The translations under genes and the position numbers were made by a program. From an uncultured Bacilli bacterium (GTDB lineage: Bacteria; Bacillota_I; Bacilli_A; RF39; UBA660), in contig CAJTIX010000004.1 in the NCBI GenBank assembly GCA_910576795.1, forward strand, positions 647-64,646: a stretch of DNA of 64,000 bases, given 5' to 3'. Positions within the stretch are counted from its first letter, which is position 1. The number at the start of each line of letters is the position of its first letter. The notes beneath the pieces are model-generated. The model saw only the letters and a list, made by a program, of their open reading frames with translations, ran no database searches and had not been told where the DNA came from. Below are positions 49,189-59,900 of the stretch, one piece after another.

Positions 49189-50154
49189 ATGACCAATCGA
49201 GTACTAAAAAAAATATATCGTCAAATTAAAAAATATGATACCATTGTCATTGCACGTCATGTTGGACCAGACCCAGATGCGGTAGGAAGTTCGATGGCTC
49301 TTAAAGAAATTATTTTGAATACATTCCCACATAAAAAGGTATTTGTAGTTGGATGTCCTGTTAGTAAGTTCCGATATATGGGAATGCATGATAAAATGAC
49401 AGAGGATTTGTATCAAAAATCATTATTGATTGTGACCGATACCCCAGATCAAAAAAGAGTAGATGGTGTAAATACAAATCTTTTTGCCTATAAGATTAAA
49501 ATAGACCATCATCCATTTATTGAAAAGTTTGCCGATATCGAATGGATTGATGAGAACGCTTCTAGTGCCTCTCAAATGGTTATGGAACTAACCTTTTCAA
49601 CCCCCTTAAAAATGACCAAGTCGGCAGCTGAAAAATTGTATATTGGATTAGTTGCAGATACCAATCGTTTTCTTTTCTACTATACTACTCCAAAAACTTT
49701 TGATTTAGTTTCTAGGTTACTAAAGGAAACCAAAATTGATTTTTCGAAATTATATGAAAATTTGTATATCAGACCATATAAAGAAATCAAATTTGAAGGA
49801 TATATTGCCAATCATTTTATCATAACTGAAAATGGATTTGCCTATATCAAAGTGACAGAGGATATTTTAAAAGAGTATGATCTGGATGCTGCTACTTCTG
49901 GAAATATGGTAAATGAGTTTAATTATATTGATGAAATGCTTGCCTGGGCGATATTCACTGTAGATAAAAATAACGAAAATATTAGGGGTTCTATTCGGTC
50001 TAGAGGACCTGTAATTAATGAGGTTGCAAGTCTCCATGGTGGTGGAGGACATATTTATGCGAGTGGAGTTCGTTTAAAAACATTTGATGAAGTAGATGCA
50101 TTGATTCAAGATTTGGACAATGCTTGCAAAGAATATAAAAAGAATATGGAATAA
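49189..50154 (+). CDS. nrnA: DHH/DHHA1 phosphoesterase, bifunctional oligoribonuclease/pAp phosphatase NrnA-like.
   Basis: ARHVGPDPDAVGS is the DHH motif, and GGGH is in the DHHA1 domain. Confidence 0.8.
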   Translation: MTNRVLKKIYRQIKKYDTIVIARHVGPDPDAVGSSMALKEIILNTFPHKKVFVVGCPVSKFRYMGMHDKMTEDLYQKSLLIVTDTPDQKRVDGVNTNLFAYKIKIDHHPFIEKFADIEWIDENASSASQMVMELTFSTPLKMTKSAAEKLYIGLVADTNRFLFYYTTPKTFDLVSRLLKETKIDFSKLYENLYIRPYKEIKFEGYIANHFIITENGFAYIKVTEDILKEYDLDAATSGNMVNEFNYIDEMLAWAIFTVDKNNENIRGSIRSRGPVINEVASLHGGGGHIYASGVRLKTFDEVDALIQDLDNACKEYKKNME

Positions 50155-50167
50155 ACCATATCTTTTT

Positions 50168-50623
50168 TTATAAATATTCTTTTAATAATTCAATGTTTTC
50201 TTCTTGAAATTTCAAAAGAGATTTTGCTAACTTATGAATATCCTTATTTACTTCCTTTTCAAAATGGTCTAATCTTTTTTGAATATCAATCGTACCCATT
50301 GTCATACCACGAATGAGTAAGTCAGCAATTTTACTATCGCTATTGTCTTTCATAACCTCCATTTGCATAGAAACATCGGCCATGAGAGAAGCAAATATGC
50401 CTTTCGTTTTCGGTTCTACCTTATTCTTTTTCAGTAATTTTTCACTTTCTTTATAAAAAGATTCATATTCTTTTAATTCTGATTCCAATATTTTTTTAAT
50501 TTTGTTATCTTTCTCTTTTAATAATTTTAGTAACTTTTCACTTGATTTCATTCCCATATCTGCACAGGCATATATGTATTCCAATAGTTCTAAACTTTCA
50601 TCCATATGATCCATTCCTTTCAC
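50168..50623 (-). CDS. Hypothetical protein, last gene of a 3-gene minus-strand unit.
   Basis: ORF only. Confidence 0.4.
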   Translation of the reverse strand: MKGMDHMDESLELLEYIYACADMGMKSSEKLLKLLKEKDNKIKKILESELKEYESFYKESEKLLKKNKVEPKTKGIFASLMADVSMQMEVMKDNSDSKIADLLIRGMTMGTIDIQKRLDHFEKEVNKDIHKLAKSLLKFQEENIELLKEYL

Positions 50624-50655
50624 TTTTAGTATGGATCAAAAGAAAATTTTGATAC

Positions 50656-51048
50656 TTATAGATTTGGATTGGATATTCCTGAAATAATACTATATTGTTC
50701 TCCTTGACTTTTGATTACAACATACAAAACAATAAGTGTTGAGATAAGTGAAATTTCAGAAGCAATCACTTGCAAGTTAAAGTTTTCTATTTTTTCTCCC
50801 TTAATTTTGGCTAGTTCTCTCGTTTTATAACTTGCATATAGAAAAACAAGCGTTAAAATAACAACTAAAAATCGGTTGAAAATAGAAAGATTTCGATTTT
50901 GTTTGTCCGTAAATATTTTATTCAAATGTAAAACATCCATTTTATCATTATAAGTAAGAAAAATAGAAATGATTAAACTACCAATATAAACAATAGTTGC
51001 GATTAATTGTAGATCGAGTAGTTCAGCTTCTTTTTTTTGTGTATTCAT
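50656..51048 (-). CDS. Hypothetical membrane protein (4 TM).
   Basis: Hydrophobicity pattern only. Confidence 0.45.
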   Translation of the reverse strand: MNTQKKEAELLDLQLIATIVYIGSLIISIFLTYNDKMDVLHLNKIFTDKQNRNLSIFNRFLVVILTLVFLYASYKTRELAKIKGEKIENFNLQVIASEISLISTLIVLYVVIKSQGEQYSIISGISNPNL

Positions 51049-51076
51049 ATTGTATTATATTAATCCGTGAGACACA

Positions 51077-52369
51077 TTAGAATTCTTTTGTGTACTTCCT
51101 TAATTGCTCAATTTCTTTCAGTTCACTTACGGTAACAAATTCAAATCCTTGTTTTTGTAATGTTGGAATTATTTTTTTAAGTGCATCCACTGTTCTTTTA
51201 TGGGTATCATGCATGAGAATAATATCTAAATCCTTTGTTTTTTCTGTTGCTTCTTTTACAATACGATCTACTGATTTATATTTCCAATCACTGGTATCCA
51301 CTGTCCACATCACAATATCAAGTGATAATTGCTTCCTTAACTTTTGACTGATGGAACCGTAAGTAGGGCGAATTAAGGTTGGTGTAAATCCAGTAGTAGA
51401 TTGGATGATTTCTTGCGTTTTCTCAATTTGTTCTTTTAAATCAGCTTCTGTTAATTTGGTAAGCCATTTATGATTGTAGGAATGGTTTCCAATCTCATTT
51501 CCATAAGAAACCATTTTCTGCATTGTATCTTTATATATCTCTACTTTATTACCGATGACAAAGAAGGTTGCAGATGCATCATTTTCTTTCAAAATCTCTA
51601 AAATTTCATTTGTATACTTACTTGGACCATCATCAAAGGTAAGTGCTACCACTTTTCGTTCTGGATCTATGATTTTATTGGGTGTAAATAGTTTCACAGT
51701 AGTATCAATCTGGACTTCTGGTTCAATCGGAAGTTTCAATTGTAGTTCTTTTAAAGGTATTTCGATTTTTAAAATGTCACAATAAGATGCCGCAATTTGT
51801 GCAGGATTGAAATAAATGGTAAGTGTTTCATGATCAAAAGTAAACAAAGGATAGTCATATTGTTCTGTAATGGTTGCTTTTACTTCATCTAATAAAATAC
51901 AATCTTTATATTTTTGAAATAACGCAGTTTTGAGTAGTCCTACAAATTTTGTAAAATCTTTTTCTTCAATCAAATCATGTATTGTAAGGAATCTGTTTTG
52001 TTTTTGATCAAATACATAGCTTTTCATATAATCATTTGGATTTGCAAGCTTAGAGCTATTGATAAAAATATGAAGGGTAATATTGATATAGCGATCATTT
52101 ACAATTTCATAAGTATAGTCAATATTGAGCTCAGATTGTTCCTCTATATCATCAAAATTTTCATATTCTTTCTTGAAATCATGATATATCTCTTCTACAT
52201 CCTTTTGAATTGTTTGATCTAATTTAGAAATAGTAGTAACAGGATAATTAATACCAATCAATATATTTTTTTCTTCTTCAATAATGGTATCAATTCCTTC
52301 ACTCTTTTTCTGCTCAGAACAACCCGTTATCAGGAAAAAACAAATTATTAAGAAAAAGTACTTTTTCAT
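51077..52369 (-). CDS. Lipoprotein polysaccharide deacetylase (NodB domain) with an N-terminal accessory domain.
   Basis: The signal MKKYFFLIICFFLITGC carries a lipobox. ALTFDDGPS ... NHSYNH are NodB motifs. An AGGTGAGAA RBS is present. Confidence 0.75.
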   Translation of the reverse strand: MKKYFFLIICFFLITGCSEQKKSEGIDTIIEEEKNILIGINYPVTTISKLDQTIQKDVEEIYHDFKKEYENFDDIEEQSELNIDYTYEIVNDRYINITLHIFINSSKLANPNDYMKSYVFDQKQNRFLTIHDLIEEKDFTKFVGLLKTALFQKYKDCILLDEVKATITEQYDYPLFTFDHETLTIYFNPAQIAASYCDILKIEIPLKELQLKLPIEPEVQIDTTVKLFTPNKIIDPERKVVALTFDDGPSKYTNEILEILKENDASATFFVIGNKVEIYKDTMQKMVSYGNEIGNHSYNHKWLTKLTEADLKEQIEKTQEIIQSTTGFTPTLIRPTYGSISQKLRKQLSLDIVMWTVDTSDWKYKSVDRIVKEATEKTKDLDIILMHDTHKRTVDALKKIIPTLQKQGFEFVTVSELKEIEQLRKYTKEF

Positions 52370-52471
52370 TTTCTCACCTATATCAATATATTCAGGTAAT
52401 ATGGATAACATACGGGTGTTTTATCATCGTTCCTTTTTCTATTTGACCATATGATATGGTAGGGTGATTTT

Positions 52472-52810
52472 ATGTATGTAATTCCGGAAAACTTGCTACA
52501 GATTTTATTTGTGAGCATGGTATTTAGCGTAGTTTTGATGGCACTGATTCAAAAGTTGAAAACATTTACATTGATCAAAAAGAAATGGCATATTTGGATA
52601 TTAAATCTAATATTCGCATTTGTATTAGGAATTCCCTTTGGTCAGATGTTTTATCATTTATCTATTCTAGAAAGTGTATGGGTTGGAGTTTTTAGTTTTA
52701 TTGGGGCATCTAGTATTTATGATCAGTTAGAAAAATATAGTCCTGTATCTTTAAGTGATGTGAATGCGAAGTTGGAAAAAGAAAAAACAAATATAGAAAA
52801 GGAAATATAA
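52472..52810 (+). CDS. Hypothetical small membrane protein.
   Basis: Three hydrophobic segments. Confidence 0.4.
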   Translation: MYVIPENLLQILFVSMVFSVVLMALIQKLKTFTLIKKKWHIWILNLIFAFVLGIPFGQMFYHLSILESVWVGVFSFIGASSIYDQLEKYSPVSLSDVNAKLEKEKTNIEKEI

Positions 52811-52917
52811 TTTGCTTATTTTCAAAAGAAAATACATAAATCTATTGATTTTACCTTTGAAAAATGTTATTCTGTAAGTGTAAGCAAGATAGCTTATTAA
52901 AATGAGGAGGTAAATTT

Positions 52918-53190
52918 ATGTCAAAAGCAGAATTAGTAAATTTTATAGCTGAAGAAACAGGGTTAACAAAAGCTGACGCAACTCGTGCTTTAGATGCTAT
53001 GCAAAAAGGTGTTGAAAAAGGATTAAAAGAAAGTGGTAAAGTAACTTTAACTGGTTTCTGTACTTTCACAAGTAAGAAAAAACCAGCTACTACTGGACGT
53101 AATCCAAGAACTGGGGAAACTGTTCAAATTGCTGCAAGAACTGCTGTTACAATCAAAGCTGGTTCTAAATTAAAAGATGCTTTAAACTAA
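52918..53190 (+). CDS. hup: DNA-binding protein HU.
   Basis: MSKAELVNFIAEETGLTKADA ... TGRNPRTGE is the HU arm. A terminator gaaactgaaaagtttctttttttc follows. Confidence 0.93.
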   Translation: MSKAELVNFIAEETGLTKADATRALDAMQKGVEKGLKESGKVTLTGFCTFTSKKKPATTGRNPRTGETVQIAARTAVTIKAGSKLKDALN

Positions 53191-53270
53191 GAAACTGAAA
53201 AGTTTCTTTTTTTCTGGTTTATAATAGGTATTATCTAGTTGAGATGATATAATATAGTTATATAAGAACA

Positions 53271-54077
53271 TTGCTTGATAGAGGTGAAATGAAAATGATA
53301 GATATCCAAAAGGCACGGGTTGCTTTTAAAAAATTTTTAGGAAGATATCGTGATAAAGATAGTTTAGGATTTCATTTGAAAGTGGTTCACACTTATCATG
53401 TTGTAGAGAATGCAAAAGAAATTGCTACAAAATTAAATCTATCGGAAGAGGATATTCATTTAGCAGAATTAATTGGATTATTACATGATATTGGACGTTT
53501 TGAAGAGATAACGTTTTTGAAACAATTTGATAGTGTGAGTTTTGATCATGCATCATATGGAGTAAAAATGTTATTTGATGATAATTTAATAAGGGATTTT
53601 ATAGAAGATAATTGTTATGATGAAATTATAAAATCAGCAATTTATAATCATAGTAGATTGGCAATTCAAGATGGTTTAGATGATCGGAGTCTATTACATT
53701 CAAAGATTATTCGGGATGCTGATAAATTAGATAATTTTAGAGTGAAGCAAGAAGAAAAAATAGAAGCAATTTTTCCTGGAAAAGTAAATAAAAAGGAGGA
53801 TTTAGAAAATTCAATCTTATCGGATAAAGTATACGAAACTGTTATGCAAAAAAAGTGTATCAATATTCATGATAGAATAACAGTGCTAGATTATTGGGTT
53901 TGTGTATTGGCGTTTATTTTTGACCTAAATTTTAAAGAATCTTATCAAATTGTTAAAAACAATAATTATGTGAATATTTTAATAGATAGATTTCAATATC
54001 ATGATTTAGAAACTAGAAAAAGAATGGAAAATGTAAGAACGATACTAAATGATTTTGTCGATAGTAAAATAAATTAA
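53271..54077 (+). CDS. HD-domain phosphohydrolase.
   Basis: H ... LLHDIGR ... D is the HD motif. Confidence 0.65.
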   Translation: MLDRGEMKMIDIQKARVAFKKFLGRYRDKDSLGFHLKVVHTYHVVENAKEIATKLNLSEEDIHLAELIGLLHDIGRFEEITFLKQFDSVSFDHASYGVKMLFDDNLIRDFIEDNCYDEIIKSAIYNHSRLAIQDGLDDRSLLHSKIIRDADKLDNFRVKQEEKIEAIFPGKVNKKEDLENSILSDKVYETVMQKKCINIHDRITVLDYWVCVLAFIFDLNFKESYQIVKNNNYVNILIDRFQYHDLETRKRMENVRTILNDFVDSKIN

Positions 54078-54098
54078 ATTATAGTAAGTGGTGATATT

Positions 54099-54749
54099 AT
54101 GTATGAGGTAGCGCTCTCTTTACTCAAAAAAATAAATGAATTCGGATATGAAGCTTATATAGTTGGTGGATATCCAAGAGACCAGTATTTAGGTTATCCT
54201 AGTACTGATATTGATATCTGCACTTCTATGCTACCAAATCAAATGATAGAGAATTTTCATATAATAGAAAACAGGAGTCAATATGGTTCTTTGATTATTG
54301 AAGAAAAAGGCTTTTTATTTGAAATAACGACTTATCGCAGAGATTATTATGATAATAATCGGTATCCTGAAATTGAATTTGTGGATACTCTAGAAGAAGA
54401 CTTACAGAGAAGAGACTTTATCATGAATACCTTATGTATCAATTCTAGTGGAGAGTATGTAGATAGGTTAGGAGCAATCAAAGATATACAAAATAAGACA
54501 ATTCGTATGATTGAAACTCCCAGTGAGAGATTAAAACAAGATCCACTTCGGATGATACGTGCAATTCGTTTCGCATCCAATCTCAATTTTGAAATTGAAG
54601 AAAATTTACGTGAAAGTATCAAACAAAATAGACAATTGTTGCATACCTTATCTATATCCAGAATCCAAAAAGAACTTGCAAAAGTTTATAATTTAGAAAA
54701 ATGGGATGAATGGATCGAAACACTTGATTTAAAGGACTATTTGCCGTAA
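54099..54749 (+). CDS. Short nucleotidyltransferase of the poly(A) polymerase/CCA-enzyme head-domain family (216 aa).
   Basis: GGYPRDQYLG ... DIDI ... RRDFIMNTL are PolyA_pol head motifs. It lacks the body and tail of full-length CCA enzymes. Confidence 0.6.
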   Translation: MYEVALSLLKKINEFGYEAYIVGGYPRDQYLGYPSTDIDICTSMLPNQMIENFHIIENRSQYGSLIIEEKGFLFEITTYRRDYYDNNRYPEIEFVDTLEEDLQRRDFIMNTLCINSSGEYVDRLGAIKDIQNKTIRMIETPSERLKQDPLRMIRAIRFASNLNFEIEENLRESIKQNRQLLHTLSISRIQKELAKVYNLEKWDEWIETLDLKDYLP

Positions 54750-54769
54750 AATAGTAGCTATGAATTAGG

Positions 54770-55426
54770 GTGGTTTCTATGATGGAAAAAGTAATCAATT
54801 TACTCAAAGAAAGTACAATGCAAATTCCTAAGTTATTACTTCTCAATTATAAAAAATTTGGATGTAATGAAAAAGATTTGATTGTTCTTATTTATTTATA
54901 CAATGAAAAAGATATGGGGTTTAATCCTAAAAAGATTAGCGATTCTCTTAATATTACGTTGCCAGAGGTTCTAGAAACAATCGATCATCTTTCTAGTAGT
55001 GGATTAATAACGATTCAACTAAAAAAAATGAATGGCGTTCGAGAAGAACAAATTGTATTAGATGGTTTATATGAAAAAATGGCTTATTTGGTATTAAATG
55101 AAGAGGAAAAGGAAAATAAAACTAAAACCATTTATGATTTATTTGAACAAGAATTTGGCAGAACTTTATCGCCAATGGAGTATGAAATCATTGGTGGTTG
55201 GCGTGATGCTGGATTTGAACAGGATGTGATTGTCCTTGCCTTAAAAGAAGCAACCTATAATGGTGTATCCAATCTTCGTTATATTGATAAAATATTGTAT
55301 GAATGGAAGAAAAAGGGAATTCATACAAAAGAGGATGTAGAAAAAGATAGGGCCTCTTATCAAACAAAAAAGGTTGAAAAAAAGGAATTATTTGATTATG
55401 ATTGGTTGAATGATCACGATGAATGA
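54770..55426 (+). CDS. dnaD: DnaD-domain replication initiation/membrane attachment protein.
   Basis: It has a DnaD C-terminal domain (LSPMEYEIIGGWRDAGFEQDVIVLALKEA ... YIDKIL). The dnaD-nth adjacency is as in Bacillus. Confidence 0.7.
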   Translation: MVSMMEKVINLLKESTMQIPKLLLLNYKKFGCNEKDLIVLIYLYNEKDMGFNPKKISDSLNITLPEVLETIDHLSSSGLITIQLKKMNGVREEQIVLDGLYEKMAYLVLNEEEKENKTKTIYDLFEQEFGRTLSPMEYEIIGGWRDAGFEQDVIVLALKEATYNGVSNLRYIDKILYEWKKKGIHTKEDVEKDRASYQTKKVEKKELFDYDWLNDHDE

Positions 55427-56045
55427 GGTAATGAATTATTTAGATAGGTTGATACCTAATCCTGTATGTGAATTAGAATTTCATAAGGATTATGAGTTAT
55501 TGATTGCGGTTATGTTAAGTGCCCAAACAACAGATAAAAGAGTCAATATGGTAACACGCGTATTATTTAAAAAATATCCCAATTTAGAAGCTCTCAGTGA
55601 AGCCGATATAGAAGATGTAAAGCAAATAATCCAATCACTTGGTACTTATCATAAAAAGGCTAGCAATGTTATTTTAATTGCGCAATCTTTATTGAAAGAA
55701 CAAGATGGAAAAATACCAAATGATCGTACGTATTTAGAAAGCTTACCTGGAGTTGGAAGAAAGACAACAAATGTCGTTTTGAGCATTTTATATAATGAAC
55801 CATGTATAGCTGTGGATACACATGTATCTAGAGTAAGTAGACGTTTAGGATTTGCAAGGGAAAATGATGATGTTTTAATCATTGAAAAAAAGTTAACAAA
55901 AAAAATACCAAAAGATTCTTTGAATAAAATGCATCATCAATTGGTATTATTTGGAAGGTATTATTGTAAGTCAATCAATCCTTCTTGTGAACATTGTCAA
56001 TTAAAAGAAATGTGTAAATTTTATAACAAAAAGAAAAAAAGATAG
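55410..56045 (+). CDS. nth: Endonuclease III.
   Basis: It has an HhH-GPD fold (LPGVGRKTTNVVL) and a 4Fe-4S cluster C-x6-C-x2-C-x5-C. Confidence 0.9.
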   Translation: MITMNEVMNYLDRLIPNPVCELEFHKDYELLIAVMLSAQTTDKRVNMVTRVLFKKYPNLEALSEADIEDVKQIIQSLGTYHKKASNVILIAQSLLKEQDGKIPNDRTYLESLPGVGRKTTNVVLSILYNEPCIAVDTHVSRVSRRLGFARENDDVLIIEKKLTKKIPKDSLNKMHHQLVLFGRYYCKSINPSCEHCQLKEMCKFYNKKKKR

Positions 56046-56073
56046 TTATTGAAGCTATCTTTTTTGATTGCAA

Positions 56074-59052
56074 TTATGTAGTTGGTTTCTCTGTTGTTCC
56101 TTGTGGTGGTTTTTCTGTTGGATTAGAAGGTTTCTCTGTTGTTTTTTCTTTTACAATAATGGTTCTTGTTAAAGAATCTGTAAATTTTTTATAGGTAATA
56201 CTATATGTGATGGTATAAGTTTCCGCTTTATCAGTTTTGATTGCGGTAACTTCTTTTCCATCTTTGGTTTTGATTGTCTTTTTTATGGTTGCTTTATCGG
56301 TTACATTGGTCAAATCTTCTAATACAGTAACGGCAGGAGATGGTTCTTTGAATGAATCACCAACTGTTAAGTTCATTGTTTTTTGTCCCACTAATTCTGT
56401 TGTGATTACTGTTTCTACCTCGTCTAAAGATATCTTTGTTTCTGCACCAACACTCATATTGGCTTTGAAATTGGTATAAGCCGTTTTTACAACATATGTG
56501 GTAGGAGATTTTGAAGTAATTGGAATATCAATAGTGGTTTGATCTGTTGTTTTAATTAATGTCAGTTCTCCTTTAGAATCTTTGGAATATACCTGATAAA
56601 CAACTGTTCCTAACTGAGCACTATTCGCATTTTTTCTATTATTAATCAATTGATTGATTCCATTTTCGCTAGTTGCGATACTTCTTGCCCATGCACTAAT
56701 TGTTTCATCTTTGATTGCGTTAGGAACTACTGCATCCCAAGTAAGTGTTAACGTTTTCTTTTCGATCTTGGATTTTAAATTGGTTACATTTTCTAGTGTA
56801 TTATAACGATCAGATACTTCTGTTGGTTCTGTTCCAACTTTAAATAATTCTACAATACGCATATCGGCTGGGGTATATGGGCTTGGTAATTTTACAGGTT
56901 CTGTTTCTTTTTCGATTTCAACTTCTATTACACCACTTGGCTTTATCCAATCAACACCAGTTCTAAAGATTCCCTTTCCGACTGCTTGGAATAGTCTTCG
57001 ATGTCCTGTTGAATAAGAGTTGCTTGTATAATCACAATTGTTTCGATCCTTATATCCATACCATACGGAAACTGCATAATCAGGAGATACTCCATTTACC
57101 CATAAATCATTTACAGAATCATTCGAGAAATTAGGGCATTTATTGAATACAGATTGATCATAATTTGTTGTACCTGTTTTGGCACCATAAACAGCTCCAT
57201 TGATATATGCTTGATTATATAATCCACCTTGTGCTGAACTTTTTAATAGGCTAGTCATAATATAGGCTGTTTCTTCACTCATTACCCTTGTTTTGTTAAC
57301 TTTCTTTTCTGTGACTTCTCCTGTATCACGATCTATAATTTTGGTATAACTATGTGGTGTAATATAATATCCACCATTTCCAAATGCCGCATAAGCAGCA
57401 GCCATAGATTTTGGGGACTCTCCTGTATATCCACCAATAGAGTGTGCTTCATGTAATGAACCATCGACTCCAATTTCAGGACTTAGATTTAGACCAAGAG
57501 CAAAATTTTTGATATTGCCATTTTGGTTTTGTTGGAAGGCTTTTAAAGCAGGAATGTTACGAGATTGTGATAGTGCCTCTCTTAGTGTAAGAAGTCCATT
57601 ATATCGTCGATCCCAGTTATTGATTCTGGTTCCATTGGAATATGTATATTCTTCATCCATGTATAATTTAGCAGTTGACCAATTTTCAAATTCAATACCA
57701 GGAGCATAATCATAAATTGGTTTTGAAGTGGAACCGATTTGTTTAATTGTTTCAGTTGCTGTATTGAATTGTGTTAAGTTGGTACGATTGCGACCTGCAC
57801 CAACCGCTAAAATCGCACCAGTTTTATTATCTAGAACGACAATTCCTGCATCTACTTGGTCATTCTCCCAATCATAAAGTTCACCATTCATGACACGATT
57901 GATATAAATTTGTTTATCTGGGTCTAAAGTCGTCCAAATTTCCATTGGATATACATATGGATTTTTACCAGTATCTTTGATGACTTCTTTGACTACCATA
58001 TCGATAAAAGGTTCATAATCTTCGTTTTCAGAAACCGTTTTTGTGTATAATAATTTATCTACAGTTAATGCATTTGCTGCTTCTCTTTCTTCATGTGTAA
58101 TATATCCATGTCGTTCCATTAAGTAAAGTACTGTTTTTCTTCTTTCTTCTGCAAGTTCTGGATTTCTGTTAGGATCATAAGAATTTGGTGCTTGGAATAA
58201 ACCGGCAATCAAAGCAGCTTCTGCAACATTGATATCTTTTGCGGATTTTCCAAAATAGGTTTGACAAGCTTGTTCTACACCGTATGCACCACTACCTAAA
58301 TAGTTAGAATTGATATAGAATTCAATAATTTCTTTTTTGGTATATTTTTTTTCAACTTGGAAGATTGCCATATAGATATCCGTGAATTTTCTTGTAATGG
58401 TTTGATTGGTTGAAGTAAAGTTATTTTTAACCACCTGCATGGTTAAAGTGGAAGCCCCACCACCACTGTGGGTCAATACTTGTTTCACACTTGCGACCAA
58501 AAATCTTGGTAAATCAAATCCGTTGTGTTGGAAAAACCTAGAATCTTCGGTTGCGACAATCGCATCTACTAATATTTCAGGAAGTTCATCATATGATATT
58601 TTTTCTCTTTTTTCAGTTCCTAATTTTGTAATAATGGTTCCATCAGGTCGATAAAGGATCGTCGATTCTTGACGATATAAGTTGTCAGGATTGAATTCAG
58701 GTGCGTTTTTGACAATATATGAAGCAAATGCAACACATGCACCAATGATTAAGATACCAATAGAAAAACAGATAATCAAAATGATTTTTAGAATTTTATT
58801 TCTTTTTCTTTTTTTCACATTGGTAGAAACCTTCTTCTTTGATTTATTTTTCGCAATCAAGGGTTTTGTTTTAGAAGGGTTTCTTTTCTTTTTTCTCGTT
58901 TGCAAGAAATTTGGTAAAAATAAGATCACGTCCGCTACTCCAATAATAAGAAATGCTTTTAACCATCCAATCGCAAAACAACCTGTAATAAAAGCAACAA
59001 GACTTACCATTAAAATTACAATTGTTTCCTTGTGTTTTAATAATTTTTTCAT
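56074..59052 (-). CDS. ponA: Class A penicillin-binding protein (bifunctional glycosyltransferase/transpeptidase) with a long C-terminal extension and a Pro/Thr-rich tail.
   Basis: The GT51 motifs are EDSRFFQHNGFD and GGSTLTMQ. The transpeptidase motifs are STSKP, KTG and SxN. It is co-oriented with an overlapping recU upstream. Confidence 0.9.
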   Translation of the reverse strand: MKKLLKHKETIVILMVSLVAFITGCFAIGWLKAFLIIGVADVILFLPNFLQTRKKKRNPSKTKPLIAKNKSKKKVSTNVKKRKRNKILKIILIICFSIGILIIGACVAFASYIVKNAPEFNPDNLYRQESTILYRPDGTIITKLGTEKREKISYDELPEILVDAIVATEDSRFFQHNGFDLPRFLVASVKQVLTHSGGGASTLTMQVVKNNFTSTNQTITRKFTDIYMAIFQVEKKYTKKEIIEFYINSNYLGSGAYGVEQACQTYFGKSAKDINVAEAALIAGLFQAPNSYDPNRNPELAEERRKTVLYLMERHGYITHEEREAANALTVDKLLYTKTVSENEDYEPFIDMVVKEVIKDTGKNPYVYPMEIWTTLDPDKQIYINRVMNGELYDWENDQVDAGIVVLDNKTGAILAVGAGRNRTNLTQFNTATETIKQIGSTSKPIYDYAPGIEFENWSTAKLYMDEEYTYSNGTRINNWDRRYNGLLTLREALSQSRNIPALKAFQQNQNGNIKNFALGLNLSPEIGVDGSLHEAHSIGGYTGESPKSMAAAYAAFGNGGYYITPHSYTKIIDRDTGEVTEKKVNKTRVMSEETAYIMTSLLKSSAQGGLYNQAYINGAVYGAKTGTTNYDQSVFNKCPNFSNDSVNDLWVNGVSPDYAVSVWYGYKDRNNCDYTSNSYSTGHRRLFQAVGKGIFRTGVDWIKPSGVIEVEIEKETEPVKLPSPYTPADMRIVELFKVGTEPTEVSDRYNTLENVTNLKSKIEKKTLTLTWDAVVPNAIKDETISAWARSIATSENGINQLINNRKNANSAQLGTVVYQVYSKDSKGELTLIKTTDQTTIDIPITSKSPTTYVVKTAYTNFKANMSVGAETKISLDEVETVITTELVGQKTMNLTVGDSFKEPSPAVTVLEDLTNVTDKATIKKTIKTKDGKEVTAIKTDKAETYTITYSITYKKFTDSLTRTIIVKEKTTEKPSNPTEKPPQGTTEKPTT

Positions 59053-59621
59053 GATTTTCCTCCTTCAAAGTAAATTGTATCTACCCAAGACAAATAATCT
59101 ATTCTTGGATTTATTTTCTCTGTTATAAGATATCCATTCTCTTTTATATAATCATATGGAATTGATTTTCGTGTTTCTTGTTCTATAAATGTAAATAGTG
59201 TTTCTCCCTTTAATAAGAACGTTTCTTGTTTTTGTGTGAAACGGATGATAAAAAAACCAATTCCACCGTGATGAATGATTTGTTTCATATGCACAATTTG
59301 GTGATTGTGTATATTATTGAGTGGGAACCGTTCTTGTTTGGTTTCCTTGGCCTCAAAATCAATATATTTTCCTCTATAAATACCATTGTAATCAGTTGTC
59401 GATGGTGTTTTGAAGTAAGCTTCTTTAATTACTGCTTCCTTTCGATTTGGAAAATCTACTTTGGTAATGGTAATTGGAGTCGGTTTTTTATATATAACAG
59501 CAATATCTTCTTCTCTATAATAAACATTTGTGATGTTAATATCTTCTTCTAATGACATACCACGATTTCCGTAGTGAATTGTTTTTTTTGTATGTTGTTT
59601 GATACCTGTGGGATACTTCAT
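59049..59621 (-). CDS. recU: Holliday junction resolvase RecU.
   Basis: GMSLEEDINITN ... YIDFEAKETK are RecU motifs. The recU-ponA arrangement is present. Confidence 0.85.
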   Translation of the reverse strand: MKYPTGIKQHTKKTIHYGNRGMSLEEDINITNVYYREEDIAVIYKKPTPITITKVDFPNRKEAVIKEAYFKTPSTTDYNGIYRGKYIDFEAKETKQERFPLNNIHNHQIVHMKQIIHHGGIGFFIIRFTQKQETFLLKGETLFTFIEQETRKSIPYDYIKENGYLITEKINPRIDYLSWVDTIYFEGGKS

Positions 59622-59900
59622 TTTATCACCATTATCATTATACTATAAAAAATGATAATTTACTATAAAATTTATGGTAAATGAATAAAATGTCATTTTA
59701 TAAAAAATACATATTTTTTCTAATTTTGTCGAATGAATCAAAATAAAATTTATTTTGTGTTAGAGTAATAGTAGGTGATGCTATGAAAATGGATAGAAGG
59801 TTAAATCAATTGTTTGATGAGATGCTAGAGGATATTAAATATAGTAAAATTGCTGCTTTTGCAAGAACGTTACATCAGAAAGAAGCGAGAAAAAAAGAAA

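Noticed and set aside
58682-59128. ORF-track CDS (148 aa) on the + strand, and other short + ORFs at 56237-58654.
   Set aside because: They lie antisense inside the class A PBP gene, are hydrophobic and low-complexity as expected for reverse-frame AT-rich codons, and have no RBS.
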